64,000 nucleotides of DNA from Trichoplax adhaerens (Eukaryota; Animalia; Placozoa). This document shows positions 1-18,515 of this stretch, in pieces. The first letter of the stretch is position 1. Each line of letters begins with the position of its first letter. The notes under the pieces were generated by a model. That model did no database searches. It had not been told where the DNA came from and was given only the letters and a program-made list of their open reading frames with translations. The stretch is taken from positions 4,893,006 through 4,957,005 of the forward strand of contig NW_002060949.1 in assembly GCF_000150275.1 (NCBI RefSeq), read 5' to 3'. Position numbers and translations under genes: made by a program.

Positions 1-165
1 TTTTCATGTAGTTTAACGTCTTGTAGATTGATGAACATATCGTTACAATTGCCATATTGTCATGCTACATGACATGATCATATAACTTTGTTCTAAATTT
101 AAAGTATTTATATACTTGGATATTTTGTTTCTAGCAGTAGAGCATGTAACAATTGCCATGCTAAA

Positions 166-208
166 TGCATTGCTGCAAAAGCCTTGCATTGCTGCAAAAG
201 CCTTGCAT
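166..208. repeat. 19-bp tandem duplication (TGCATTGCTGCAAAAGCCT x2 plus partial)
   Basis: Two exact adjacent copies followed by TGCAT. Confidence 0.85.
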
Positions 209-2093
209 GACTATGCATTACTGTATAATTACAAACTTCTTTTAAATTTTACTTAAAGGAATCAGTATGAACTTGACCAGCCAATACCGGTAATGGCTGC
301 ATTATCGGCTTTAGCAGTAACATACACACATTAAATATACCCATTTCAAATTGTTTTAATCGAGGCATTAATTGGAGCTGAAACAAAAAGTTGTATTAGA
401 TCAATTATGATCTACTGTCCAATACATTGGAGTATATCCTGTAATCATGCTACATAAAATGAAAATTAATTTGCTTGAGTAGAAAAGAAAGACTAAAATA
501 GGCCTATTTCGAGATATAATCGAATGCATTTCGATCATATCATACCATTCCGTTATTTAATTGTCTAAAATTGAAATTATCTTTTACGGTAATTTTAATT
601 ACAAATGCATTAGTTGTAATCACTCCAAGATTTTTTATTTGGAGGAAAGAGGTATTTATTTTGATTTAACTTATAGTCTTTCGAAAAGCCAAGACAATGT
701 TAGGATTAGTATCACGCTCTAAATCACGATTTACCATTTAATTGAATAATGTACTTTTATATATTGCAGTATATTAATCGTTTTCAATCATTTTGATCTG
801 TACCATCGTTAGAGCTGGATTTTTATGTAATGGTCCGATTGAATAAAAGGTTGATAACTGAAAGATAATAAATTATGTAATACAGGAAGTGATTATCCTT
901 TCGATAATTAAAGATAAATTGTAATAATTATCGAATTGGAAAGGAAGCAGGTCAAGAAACATGTGATGACCTTAGATAATTCATAAAATTCTATCCTATT
1001 GAAGATAATTCCGGTATTGATGAGGCCGATTGAAATGATTTTTCCGTATTGATAAGGAATCATTAATTAATGCAGTTAAAAGAACAATATCAATTAATTA
1101 AATCATCGAATTCATCAAATAGTCATGAATACAAATAACGAGAGTACGTGAAAAATAAAATATATTCAAGAATAGTTATTGTCAATATCAATTATTCATA
1201 TTATTGTCGGGAAAATTAAAATTTGCGTAGATAACATACGAATAACAATTTGTCCTTATATTGATTTAATATTGTATCTTGGTCAAAAGAATTATTGATT
1301 GATCAACTTGGCTAACTGTTGTCAATTTGTTTTATTTTGTACTATATTGTGATGTTTGATTCTCATTATTCTTGAAGGAAAGCAAAAGAGGAAAAGAAAA
1401 ACTAATTCAAAAATTTTCAACCACCTCCATCTTCAATATCGATCTTATTTTCTTCGAAACAAATATCAACGATCGACGACATATTTTGTCCATGATATAT
1501 CCAATAGGTCTTAAAAAGTACCCCAAATTCAATTCAATTTAAGCTATTACTTTTAGGCTATATACTTATCGAACTCCTCTATCCATTTCATCTCACCCAT
1601 CACTGTTGCTAAAATTAAGTTGAGCTAACATACTTCTCGATTAGGACTTTCATCTTTATTTCACAATTAGATCCCATATTACGATAGTAACTATCTTCAT
1701 TAGCTAAAGTTAAGGTTGTTACGGATCAGAAGCACTTTATTAAGTTATACGGGTTCTTTTTATAATTCGTCAACACTATTCAAGGCATTAATAGAGCCTT
1801 ATCAAAACATCCCGCATTCTATCTTCAAAAGTAGATTAAAAATAGATAATTAGCGATCAAACCATAATTTATCACTACCAAGACGTGTCTTAACCTGATA
1901 AATTATCAGGCAAGGATCATTAGCTCTTTTTCCTTTATAGAAATATTCCTTCTTCACATTTTTTACGCTATCCAAGTCTAAAGCCTAACTGAATTGAAAT
2001 ACGAAACTGGAATGGCAGTACTTGAGTGACTTTCTTGCAGTTAATGTGGTTTTAAGGCAATTAGGTTCAATCATTGCAGTAGCTATCAAAGAA

Positions 2094-3255
2094 ATGGCGG
2101 CAATAGCAAGTGGCTCTCTCAATCATAACAATTCTCAACTCTTCAATCCAGTCATCTTTCCACAAGTATGCCGCAATAACTCTTATTACATATCGCAAAT
2201 TGATCATCGCATCCATTTTGATCCCAGTTTAACCATTATCCTTATTATTATTATCATTATTATTATGGTTACCGCTTTCATCGGTAATTTTTTAATCATC
2301 ATTACCATCTATTATAGTAAAAGACTGCACACTAATTCTGGATATTTAATGGCTAATTTAGCTGCTGCTGACTTATTATTTAGCTGCACTGTTATCCCAT
2401 CCACCTTAGTGATACTCATTTATAGAAGAAATATCCTTCCATCTGTTCTGTGCGTCATGAGTGGCTTCTTCTATACTCTTGCCGGAGGGACTTCCATTGC
2501 CACTATTGCTAGTATTACAACTGATCGTTTCATAGCAGTTTTTAAACCATTGCATTATCCGAGCTGGATGTCATCGCAATTTATCGCCATCTTAATTGCA
2601 TTTTCATGGATATTTGCTGGTATTCATGCTGTTATACCCATGCTGGGATTGGAATGTTATGGCTCTTGGTCGTTATACATTTATGCAAGCATCGGCATCA
2701 TGTTGGATTGATTCAACGTTAATGCGTGGTTTACCAAATCAAGTCTATATAACTTTATCCACCATTGAAGTTTGCTTACTGCTATCATTTGTCGTATTCT
2801 CTTATATTTTTATGTACTGTAAAGCAAGAGATTCTAATCGTAAAGTATGGTCGATTAATTTATCTATTCGCTCTCATGCTGTCCAATCCAATGCATTTAC
2901 TCAACCTAATCGAAAGCGCCATATCTGTAAAGCAACCAAAACAACCCTTACGCTTATTAGCGCTTTTCTAGTTTGTTGGACACCAGCAGCTTTAGAAGCA
3001 GTACTAGCGCTGTATCTACCCTATCAAATATCTGATGTAGTCTTTTTAGTATTAACCTGGTTGACCTATCTTAACAGTGCAATCAACCCAATTATTTATG
3101 GCTTAATGAATCGTAATTTTATTGAAAGTTTTAGACAGTTAGCAAGACGTTATCAATCCAAACATTGCAACTGGATAGGACCACTCTTTGGGCAGAAAAC
3201 TTCTGTTACTTTAGTTGAAAATATACGTGATTCTAAACTCAATCAGTACGGGTAG
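2094..3255 (+). CDS. Rhodopsin-like (class A) GPCR, single exon, interrupted by one +1 frameshift near 2664 (recent pseudogene or assembly error)
   Basis: ORF 2022-2711 gives TM1-TM4 (GN, NLAAADLL, DRFIAVFKPLHY, W4.50). ORF 2596-3255 gives ECL2-TM7 (CW, FLVCWTP, NSAINPIIY, helix 8). First ATG at 2094. Removing one base at GGC-T-CTT joins them as PMLGLECYG-LGRYTF. Confidence 0.88.
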
Positions 3256-4553
3256 TTTGTAATTCTATTGAAATGACTACAAATATTACGCATAATTTGT
3301 ATTCAAGTTATGTTCTAGTAATTTACTGTATATCTGTAATTTAAAAATTTTACTGACAGTATTCTCTCAGTATTTGAATTGCGAGTATATAGAATCACAG
3401 CATATTGTTTAAATTGAGCAATTCTTTTTCATTATAATGTAAAATTCGTAATATTGTGACTATATTTCGAGTGAATATTGTCAACTTACTTGTTCCGTTT
3501 ACATTAATTTGCTTAATGGATTTGATTAACTGTAATATGAATTGAATAGTTTATATTTCATTTACGTTATCTATGATCACGTAGATATTGATTTACAGAT
3601 CAAAACTGCTACTATTCATATCTATCTAATAGCATTTGATTAATTATCTACCTAAATCCACCTAATTTGGCAGATACAAATCCAATAATTTTCGTAGTTT
3701 TAAGATTTGTAACAGTAAGAATACATAACTAGGCGAATACTTATCTCGTCAACTTGTTACTGTATCCCAATTGGTAAATTGATTTGTGAATCATGATCGA
3801 ATAGTTGTTACACTGTATTAATGTTTTATTTACTCAATGCTGTACCATCATTACATGGTCACTGATTTTAAATTAAAGTGTAACTTCATTAATAGCATCT
3901 TAAAATTTTTAATTCTAAATTCCAGTCTACATTAAGTAACCTCAATGTTGCGATCAACCATGCTATAACTTAATGGTATGGTACATATGTTTAACTTATT
4001 TCGTTCTTTTTTCTAAGCATATTTGTTACGTTTATGATAGAATATCGTAAATCTTTTTAAAGTTTACGAAAATCCTACTTCCCATTTATACTCTATCTGC
4101 TGGTAGCATTTGAATTCATTGTTAAATTGCCTATCTTCATGCATCGCTTTACCGCTATAATCGCTATCAGGCGAATAAATTTAATCAGTGATAACAATCA
4201 TAAGCAAAAATAATGGTAATTATTACTAAGTATTCAGTGTTAATAATGTTATCTTTTTAATTTTCAATTAATCTCATTTTAAACTATAAAGTAATTAAAA
4301 GATAGCATATAGGGAAAATAAAATATACCTAACTAACAAACAAATATGTGTATGCAATGTGGCTACTTTCTTTCAAAACACTCTTCATAAATATATTTCA
4401 GATAGTGAATATTACGCCATTAAATACTAATTCATTATATTGATAATCATCTTTGGTTGGATCATAACACTCCGTCTCCTTTTACATCACCGTAAAAGTA
4501 TTAACTTAAAACTGTACACTAGCATAATCCATACACAGTTCTAACAAAATGTC

Positions 4554-10080
<5,527 letters not shown>

Positions 10081-12149
10081 CTTGCCAACACAGTTAACGT
10101 ATGTGTTGCTTATGAGCATGCGTAGCTAATGGATGCACTTCATATGCTTTTTACTGTTGGTTACAGTATATTGACGTTATAGGAACAATCGAAAACTTCA
10201 TATGCTGATAATAAATAGTGTACAGCATGCTATGTTTCCAGTATGGATAGTACAAGTCATTATGGTTGACAGATGTGTCTAATACATCACTTCAATTTGT
10301 AGATTACAGTATAGACGAGAGATCACTAGTACGACAACTGACCAATTGTAACTTAATTATTAATTAATTAATTAATTATAATAATTAATAATTCTATGGA
10401 ATGTGTTTCAAGTTACTTTACTAAAGTTAGACTATGTTCAACATATTTGTTTGAAAGATTTTATTTAGTATGTCAACAGTTGCGCAATTTCCAAGGTATA
10501 GTCCATAGTATAGTGCAGTAAGACTTTCAAGTATGCTGCTATTAAACGTACAGAATCGCAATATATAAAAATAGAAAAGCTAATTGGAAATTTTTGAATA
10601 TACATAATGACGAAATTATTTCGAATTGCCTACTTGCAGTACAGTGTATATTACTTTTGATAGCATTTTAGTAGACTACCTTTATACGCGGAAGTATGCG
10701 GTCGGTAGAGAAGCGCTTGACAGTATTTAGCGTGAAAAAGGATCTGAAAGCACAAAAAGAGAACATTGAAGAGTTGAAACGAAAGTATGACAAGCTCAGC
10801 AGCATAACAACGCTGTAATGCATTGACGACCGTCTGCAATACTCACTCATATAAACTTGCACTACTTTTGTTACTGTGCTAATATAATCTATTCTTGTGA
10901 AATTTAAATGGATTATATGTTACTAAGTTAGCCAGGTTATATATGAGCATTTGAAACAAGGCTGGTATGGTCATGACGATAATTTAGTTTTACAAATGTT
11001 AGAAAATACTTGCAATTAAAGTAAGTATAACAAAGAAATTAATTATAACCTGCATACATACATTTCTAAATGCGATCGGTCCTAATAAGAAATTTTAAGA
11101 GAATTGAATAATGTTATCGATTGGTATTTAATAACCATTTAAAGAAATTACTTATCAATCATATCTAACATATACAAAAAATAGACTTTTACTTGAAAAT
11201 TATTAGTCATTTAAGTACATACTACTAACCTCGCCAATTTAGGTACACTGCACTGCAGCGCCAATTTCATAAGGCATACCTGTACTTTACTTGCACATAC
11301 GAATATAACCTTTATACAATATCTTTTATCATACGTTTGTTTATCATGACATTCGATAAGCTGTATTATTCGTAATTCGTGGTATAGGCAAATGCCCGGG
11401 CATTTATCATCAATGGTCTTTTGTGGCATAGAAAGTAAATAAAAAGAATGGATCTTGATATCTAGTGAAACTAAATTACGTATAATTAGTCCGATAAGAC
11501 AGACAGGACTTTACTAATTTGATGTTACAAATAGGCTACCCTGCCAATGTGAAGCACATTCATTTTCCAAATTGTTAATTTTATATGCATTCTAAGTATG
11601 CTCATTTTGACGCATCCAGACGCGAAAAGTGTTAACCTAATTAATCATCTTTTGTTAGTTTAGGTTGCACCTTTTAAGGCCAGAACTACAGTAGAACTGT
11701 AACCCTTATAGCTGCAGTAGCAAGTTGTAATTCTAGCCAGCACAATTCTACTTTACATTAATTTTCTGATGTAGTTTCATAAAAAAAAACGCATTTACGA
11801 GTGCTGGAGGTACTGGGGAGACGAACTGGCAAACACATTACTAAACCGCTAGAAGACCTGTTAGTAGACTAGGGTACAGTATAGGCGTAAAACACTAGTA
11901 CCCGTACGTACTAGGAATAGACTGACACCGGTTTATTCGATCATATCGATTGCCGACATTGTCACGCCCACCTATCAGGTGCTCCCGTAAGCGATTACAG
12001 TACGTTAATTAAATTAATTAATAAACACCGTTACTAGCAAATCAAAACTGATTTGATGTTGATCAGAAATGCTGTTTTCCCTCTAAATAAATAGCTTGGC
12101 TGTACGTCTTAGCTACTTAAGTCGATGCTCTTATTAGCAAGGGAGTCTT

Positions 12150-12960
12150 TCATCTACTCAGAAAAATATTGATTGCAAATAGAGCAAAATTCAACGCGTC
12201 TACCGATCGAACTTTGAATTGAACCAGATTTCTAGTTTCTAAAATTGTTGCATTAACCATCTTTCTAGAACTCTATCTTGATTCAAATTATTGTACAACG
12301 TTAAAATTAATCTACTCGCAAGTCAGGAAAACTGCGATCAGTAGCTACTATCAGTTGCCGTACATACTGCAGTGCTCCAGCATCAAACGCGAGCCCAATC
12401 GGATCGCAAGTTTAGAAAAGTTGATGGGCAGCTTTCATCATCATCAGTTTGAATCTGCAGCTTCTATCAGCTATTATAGCATCAGGTTCTATCTACTTTT
12501 TAAAATTTTTACCTCGTTCACTCTCTTTCTATAACTCTACCTCGATCCAAATTATTGTACGTAGTGCGTTGTATCATACAACGTTAAGCTTAATCCACTC
12601 GCAAGTCAGGGAAACTGATCAACACCTTCATGTGAACTCCAATCAACAGCTACTATTAATTTAACCGTACATATTGTAGCATAATTTACTGCAACACTGC
12701 AGCATTAAACTCAAGCTCAACCTGATTACAGGTTTAGAAAATTGATTAGCAGCTTCTATCTGCTATTACAGCATTAGGTTACAGCTATTCACAAGTCCAG
12801 AAAATTAATCAACACCTTTCGTCATCAATTCGGATCAACAGCTTCTATCAGCTATTACAATATCAGGTTCTATCTATTCGTCGAGAGTCTAGAAAATAAG
12901 TCAGTACCTTTTTCATCACTGATTTCCATTGATAACTTCTACCAATAATTACTATTGTTT
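12150..12960. repeat. Degenerate repeat array upstream of OATP copy A (roughly 90-100 bp monomers, about 280 bp higher-order duplication)
   Basis: Recurring ACTCGCAAGTCAGGAAAA-TGATCAACACCTT-CAGCTTCTATCAGCTATTA-ATCAGGTTCTATCTA blocks near 12310, 12400, 12595, 12725, 12787 and 12885. Confidence 0.7.
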
Positions 12961-13080
12961 TTATTGTAATTATCTACTCAATACACCTGCAGGACTAGAG
13001 ATTTACCTCTAGGTACGCGCATATTTTGATATAGACTATCGTACTTAACCTTATAACAAAAATTAATCAAATCATTCGAC

Positions 13081-15915
13081 ATGGACAGCAAGGAAAATCA
13101 AGGGAATACAGAAAAGAATGACAATATTAGTGACGTGAAGTCGCAAGACAATTTAGTTAAGTCACGTTATGGATGCTTATGGTTCCAACCAAATTGGTTG
13201 CAATTCTTCAATAGTCCAATCTGGTTAACCTTCATTATTGGCTTATATCAATTTTTATATCAGGCAGTATCTGGTTTTAAAGGTAGTACCATCTCAACAT
13301 TAGAGAAAGGATTTAATTTATCAGCAACCGATATTAGCGTTATCACAATCTTTTTCAATGTTCCCAATGCGATTTGTGGGCTAATCTTTTCCTTCTTAGC
13401 TATTCATGGTCATAAAGGAAAATGGATGACTGCAAGTTTACTCATTGTCGGTATTGGTTTATTAACCTATGCTATGCCACATTGGATTATTGGTAGTTAT
13501 CAAATTTTAAATCATTTAGTCTTTGGTAACAACGACGGTAATTGTCATCCTACCGGTACATCCAACAGCACACTTAATAGCACGTCCATACTTAGCTGTA
13601 ATAGTTACACTAAAGCTTCGAATGGATTATACTATTTTGCTTTCGCACTTTCTCAATTTATAACTGGTGTTGGTGTTTGTACCTTACGTACAATCGGTTG
13701 GTCGTATATTGACGATAGTGTAAGCCCAACATCATCGCCATTATACATGGGATTTGTTTTAAGCATGCTTGGCTTAGGACCAGCTATTGGCTTTGTCCTT
13801 GGTGGTCTTGCTGCCAACACATTTGTTTACTGGCCACGACAACCTCCCGGTTAGTATTTTCAGAGTATGAAAATTATAAAAGTTCATAATGTTATTTCTA
13901 TCTAATAGAAATCCTGTTATTAATTTATCTTGATGTTATCTAAATGACAGAATTGCCGTTTCCTATCTAACTGTCAACGATATTTGTATATTAAATGTTT
14001 TAGCTGGATTAAACCCTGACAGTCCACAATGGTTAGGTGCTTGGTGGCTAGGCTATGTGGCTTCCGGTAGTTTACTGCTTACCTTAATTATTCCTATGAT
14101 AGCGTTCCCTCGCCGCCTACCCAATTATGAAATTTATAAAGCTGAACGAGAAAAACTAGCAGTGGGTAAATCTAAAGTCGACCGCGAATATGGACGATCA
14201 TTCAAAGAATTTTTACCGGCCACCAAAGAAATACTCACTAATATCCCGTTTATGGCAACAGTAGCAAGTGTGGTTATCAAAAGCATTATGCTGTCTGGAT
14301 TAGCGACTTTTTTGCCCAAATATATTGAATCACAGTTTGGTTTAAGGGCTGCGGATAGTAGTATATACGTTGGCATTATTATTATATTTGGATTATTCGG
14401 TGGTATGGCCGTGGTAAGCATAGTAGCGTACATATTGAACTATTTCGCATATTGCACAGTATTATTAATAGTGCTTTGAAACCTAGACTGTTTACAAAAA
14501 TTAGCTAACGTAATTCTATACACCGCATAATAAGAGCATACAGTCAGTAGATATTAATACTAACTAAACGTTCTACTCTTAAAATGAAAACTTTTCAAAT
14601 TTCTTCCAAAAGGGTGGCGGTGTAATGAAAGCTAAAAAGATGGGCGCAGTTTCTATTGCTAAATTTACATTCATCATTTCTGTCCTTGGGACCATTTCTG
14701 CTGCGCTCTTTTTCATGTTTAAATGTGACAATGCTAAAATTGCTGGGATTCACCGGTCACACACAAACACAAGGTTAATACCATTTACTTTTTCATCATT
14801 AGTCATTGTCAACCATCCTGTAAATTAATTCAGCTATAAAATCTTTTATATACTTAATAGTAGCCGTATAATTAGCAGCTCAAATTTGATATCCGCCTGT
14901 AATCGAGACTGTCAGTGCGGAATAAATACTTTCTACCCCATATGTGATTTGGAGAGCAAAATTACATACTTCTCACCTTGCCTCGCCGGTTGCCAATCGA
15001 GTCAGCGCAGTGATACATATAAGGAGGTTCGAAATATTCTTTGTCATGATAATGTAATTAATTTTCATTAGATCTATGTATTGGTTAAGTTGAAAATTTT
15101 CAGAGCGACTGCTTGCTGACATACTTTAAACAGAAAATTTGAAACATAGTTACTACACAACGAACTGCATAACATATAATGTAACAGGGCCTTGTTATTA
15201 ACTTAATATTTTTATTTTAGGTGTACTATAATTGCAGTTGTATTCAGGGCTCAAGGCAATCCAATAGAACGTTTGATGCAATTAAGAATTATTGCCCCCG
15301 AAATTGTATTATTTTCATACCATTCTTAGTTGTAGTGGGTATATTGGTTTTCTTAACCTATATCAACTTAATGCTTGATACTCAATTACTTTTGAGGTAA
15401 CGTTTAAGTTCAATCAAAATTCGATTCATATCGATCATACAGTATCGATATATCAATATATCAATAATTTGTACTGTACTTGTTTTACGACATAATACTT
15501 TATCTCTTCTAATTAATTATGTTTCCAAATCATTCATAGATGCGTACCAGATAGCCAAAAATCGTTTGCTCTCTCGATAGAATGGGTTTTCATCCAGCTT
15601 ATTGGCACAACTCTGGGCCCGTTGCTAATTGGTTATTCTATTGATGCTTCTTGTATACTTTGGAATGAACAATGTGGTGAAAAGAAATTTTGTTGGTTAT
15701 ATAATAACGCAAATATGACAAACTGGATCAGTGGATTAGCTTCTTTATTGAGAGGTATTGCAACTATCTTCTCCTTCATCGCGTGGTATAACCTTAGGAA
15801 AGATGTTATGAAAGAAAAGATACCCATGGATGTATCTAACGGAAATGTTCCATTAAAAAATCTTATTGATAGCGAAACTACCAAGTCCCACAAACCATCT
15901 GCATCAATCATTTAG
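13081..15915 (+). CDS. Organic anion transporting polypeptide (OATP/SLCO family), copy A, 6 exons
   Basis: Exons approx 13081-13849, 14004-14413, 14613-14772, 14863-15026, 15221-15395, 15540-15915. Motifs: ISTLEKGFNLS, SYIDD, OATP signature DSPQWLGAWWLGY, FLPKYIESQFG, Kazal-like CNRDCQC..PIC..YFSPCLAGC, IDASCILW..C..CWLY. Confidence 0.95.
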
Positions 15916-18119
15916 CATGAAGAAAATACAACTATCATAGCGGTAGTCTATTAAATAGGTTTTACCTAGTTTCTCTAAAGATTACTTCAACATATTACTT
16001 CCTATATTAGCAGCTTTTAGGTAATAATTAAGTTAGCTTTTCATTTAAATCAATTTTCAGTTAATTACTGCCATTAAAGTGATTGATTAAAATTATAATG
16101 AATTCAATTTTCTATGTGTTTTTAAATGCACTTTCCCTTTACTACTCTAGTCTTACGTTCTCTCCTAGATCAAAATTACCGATTTTAAAGCAATAATATC
16201 ATTTCTATGCGTATAACTATTCCAATTTCGTTAACGCAGTTATAAAGTAACATTCTATACGTTTATTTGTTGAATATTCTTCTTAATGAGCTCTTTTTCT
16301 TTCGTCCCATAATTACGACGAGAAGGCAAGGCACTATACTATTATCTATTCAAAGCGTATGATAATTTTTATTTTTATTTTTACTTTATCAGTTACCTTC
16401 AGACATTTTTCTCAATGAGTTAAAGATTAATTAGCAATATATGATATATTGTTGATCCACGAAGCAGCGTATTATGCAAGCAGAAGTATATTAGTATTAG
16501 AAGCATATTAATGTACGTATGTAAAGCAATTTTGATTTGTCTAAAACTGTCGTATGACGTCTGCTTAAGGTTACTGTATCATTATGAACTCAGAAAATTC
16601 GATAAAAGTTATTGAGTTAGTGTATTCTTGTTCAGACTTTAGAAATGTCTATAATTCTCTATTCTACTGGCATACTATGCAATTTAATGCCTTTCTTTTC
16701 AGTTTCTTATCTTGAAATGATTTATTAATCATGAACTTTATACGAGTACAGTAGGTATAGAATGAAAGGCGGTTTTCCTTGCGCTTTTAAATTATACTAT
16801 ACTCATATCTTATAGAAATATCCAATAAATTCGATATGCTATTTCTAAACATAAACGAGCGATATCAATTTTGCTATCATTCTGGACGGCATGAATGTAG
16901 AATACCGTTGCTGATATGTTCTAATGCTTCAAAATTGCATGGATTACGGTTAATGATAAGTAGATCGAATTATAACCGAAGATTTGGATAAATGCTGGCA
17001 CAGTCATAACGGTAATTTGATAGCATTACAAATATAAGGAAATATTTATAATTAGAGTTACAAAAGAGCAATTGCGATACATACTGTAGATTGCGAGCAC
17101 GGCCTCAAGGGGGGAAAATTTGAAGCTTATTTATTTATTCCGTCGTTGGATAATTTCAAATAATATTGAATAAGCAATTTCACAAGTATAGAGAGCATAA
17201 TAGCCGCATGAAAATGGCTTACGTTCATCATCTACGAGTACATGTCTATCTATTTTACCGTACATATAGTATATAAAAAGATGCAGGTTGCAAAATGATA
17301 TGAAGGAGTTGGGAAAACATTGATTTAGCTAACTCAAATTGTTTTGCTAGATCAATTTTATTCGTTTATGCTGCATCTATTGAGGTCAGGAGTAGAGCTG
17401 CAACTGTCATGGCAACACTCGCGCAAATGTATGGAAACAGATCCCTTGATTGCGATATTGTGCTCCAGGTAGTTTGTTGAATTGACGTAAGACATGTAAA
17501 TTAGATATCTTTCTTGAAATTACTACAGTATATCCGGTGCTAGAATACAATTTGAGTGGCAAAATCTAATTTCTATCGGCTTATGAGCCACGCCAAAAAA
17601 AGGATATTAAAGATGTCGTCGTTGGTCTCATATCCAACGCAATAATCTTCAACCATTGCTATGGCATCGATACTGACGTTTGCGTACTCTAATGACGTTG
17701 AGTAGAAGAAATTTTGTGGACGAAGTCTTCATACACAAAATGAACTCGTCTCTAACCCTAAACCATTATTATAGCATCAATACTCATATTTGCGTACCAT
17801 TATGGCATTGAGTATGAGAAATTTGATTATTGTGCGATCACTAGGAAACATCGATTAAACAAATAAAAATTCACTTAATATTGACCCAATTTGCTACTTT
17901 TTCCTTGACTTTATATCAACCTACGATTGAGGATTAATCTTCAGCCGATACCTTGGTTCTACATCTTGGGAAGGTTGTATTGAGGTAGGCTAACTTATGA
18001 TCTTACTGGGTATGATAGCCATTGGAAGATGATACTGTTGTTTGAATGAATCTTCTACTCGTTCAATAGAATCTTGCTATAAAAGAACATGGCTGCGGTG
18101 GACACTGTATAGTAATAGA

Positions 18120-18480
18120 ATATCAACCTCAATCTACTGGTAAATCTGGAAAATTGATCGAAACCCTTCATCTATTATCGTTCATTCCAATTGGAAAACT
18201 TCCATCAGAGTATTGAATTACGTAGTGGACTACCCACACCTACCTCAACCTACTCGCAAGTTTGGAGAATTAATCAATCATCACCTTTCTTCAACGTCCA
18301 TTTCACTCAATAGCTTCTCAGTTTTTCTGCCGCATATTCAACTGTAATACTGACATTATATTGTACATCAATAAGCTCAATCCATTTGCAAGACGGAAAA
18401 TTAATCAACACCTTTTCTTCGTCATCAAATTTCAATTAATAGTTTCTATTGGTCTTGATTCAATTTTGAATGATCCAATT
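18120..18480. repeat. Related degenerate repeat monomers upstream of OATP copy B
   Basis: CTACTGGTAAATCTGGAAAATTGATC (about 18134), TACTCGCAAGTTTGGAGAATTAATCAA (about 18251) and GCAAGACGGAAAATTAATCAACACCTTT (about 18388) resemble the monomers upstream of copy A. Confidence 0.55.
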
Positions 18481-18515
18481 ACTATACTAACAACAAGTTG
18501 ATCCAATCATTCAAT

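Noticed and set aside
1-450. Short exon-like stretches (for example NQYELDQPIPVMAALSAL)
   Set aside because: No consistent spliced frame or recognisable motif, and a 19-bp duplication would break the frame.
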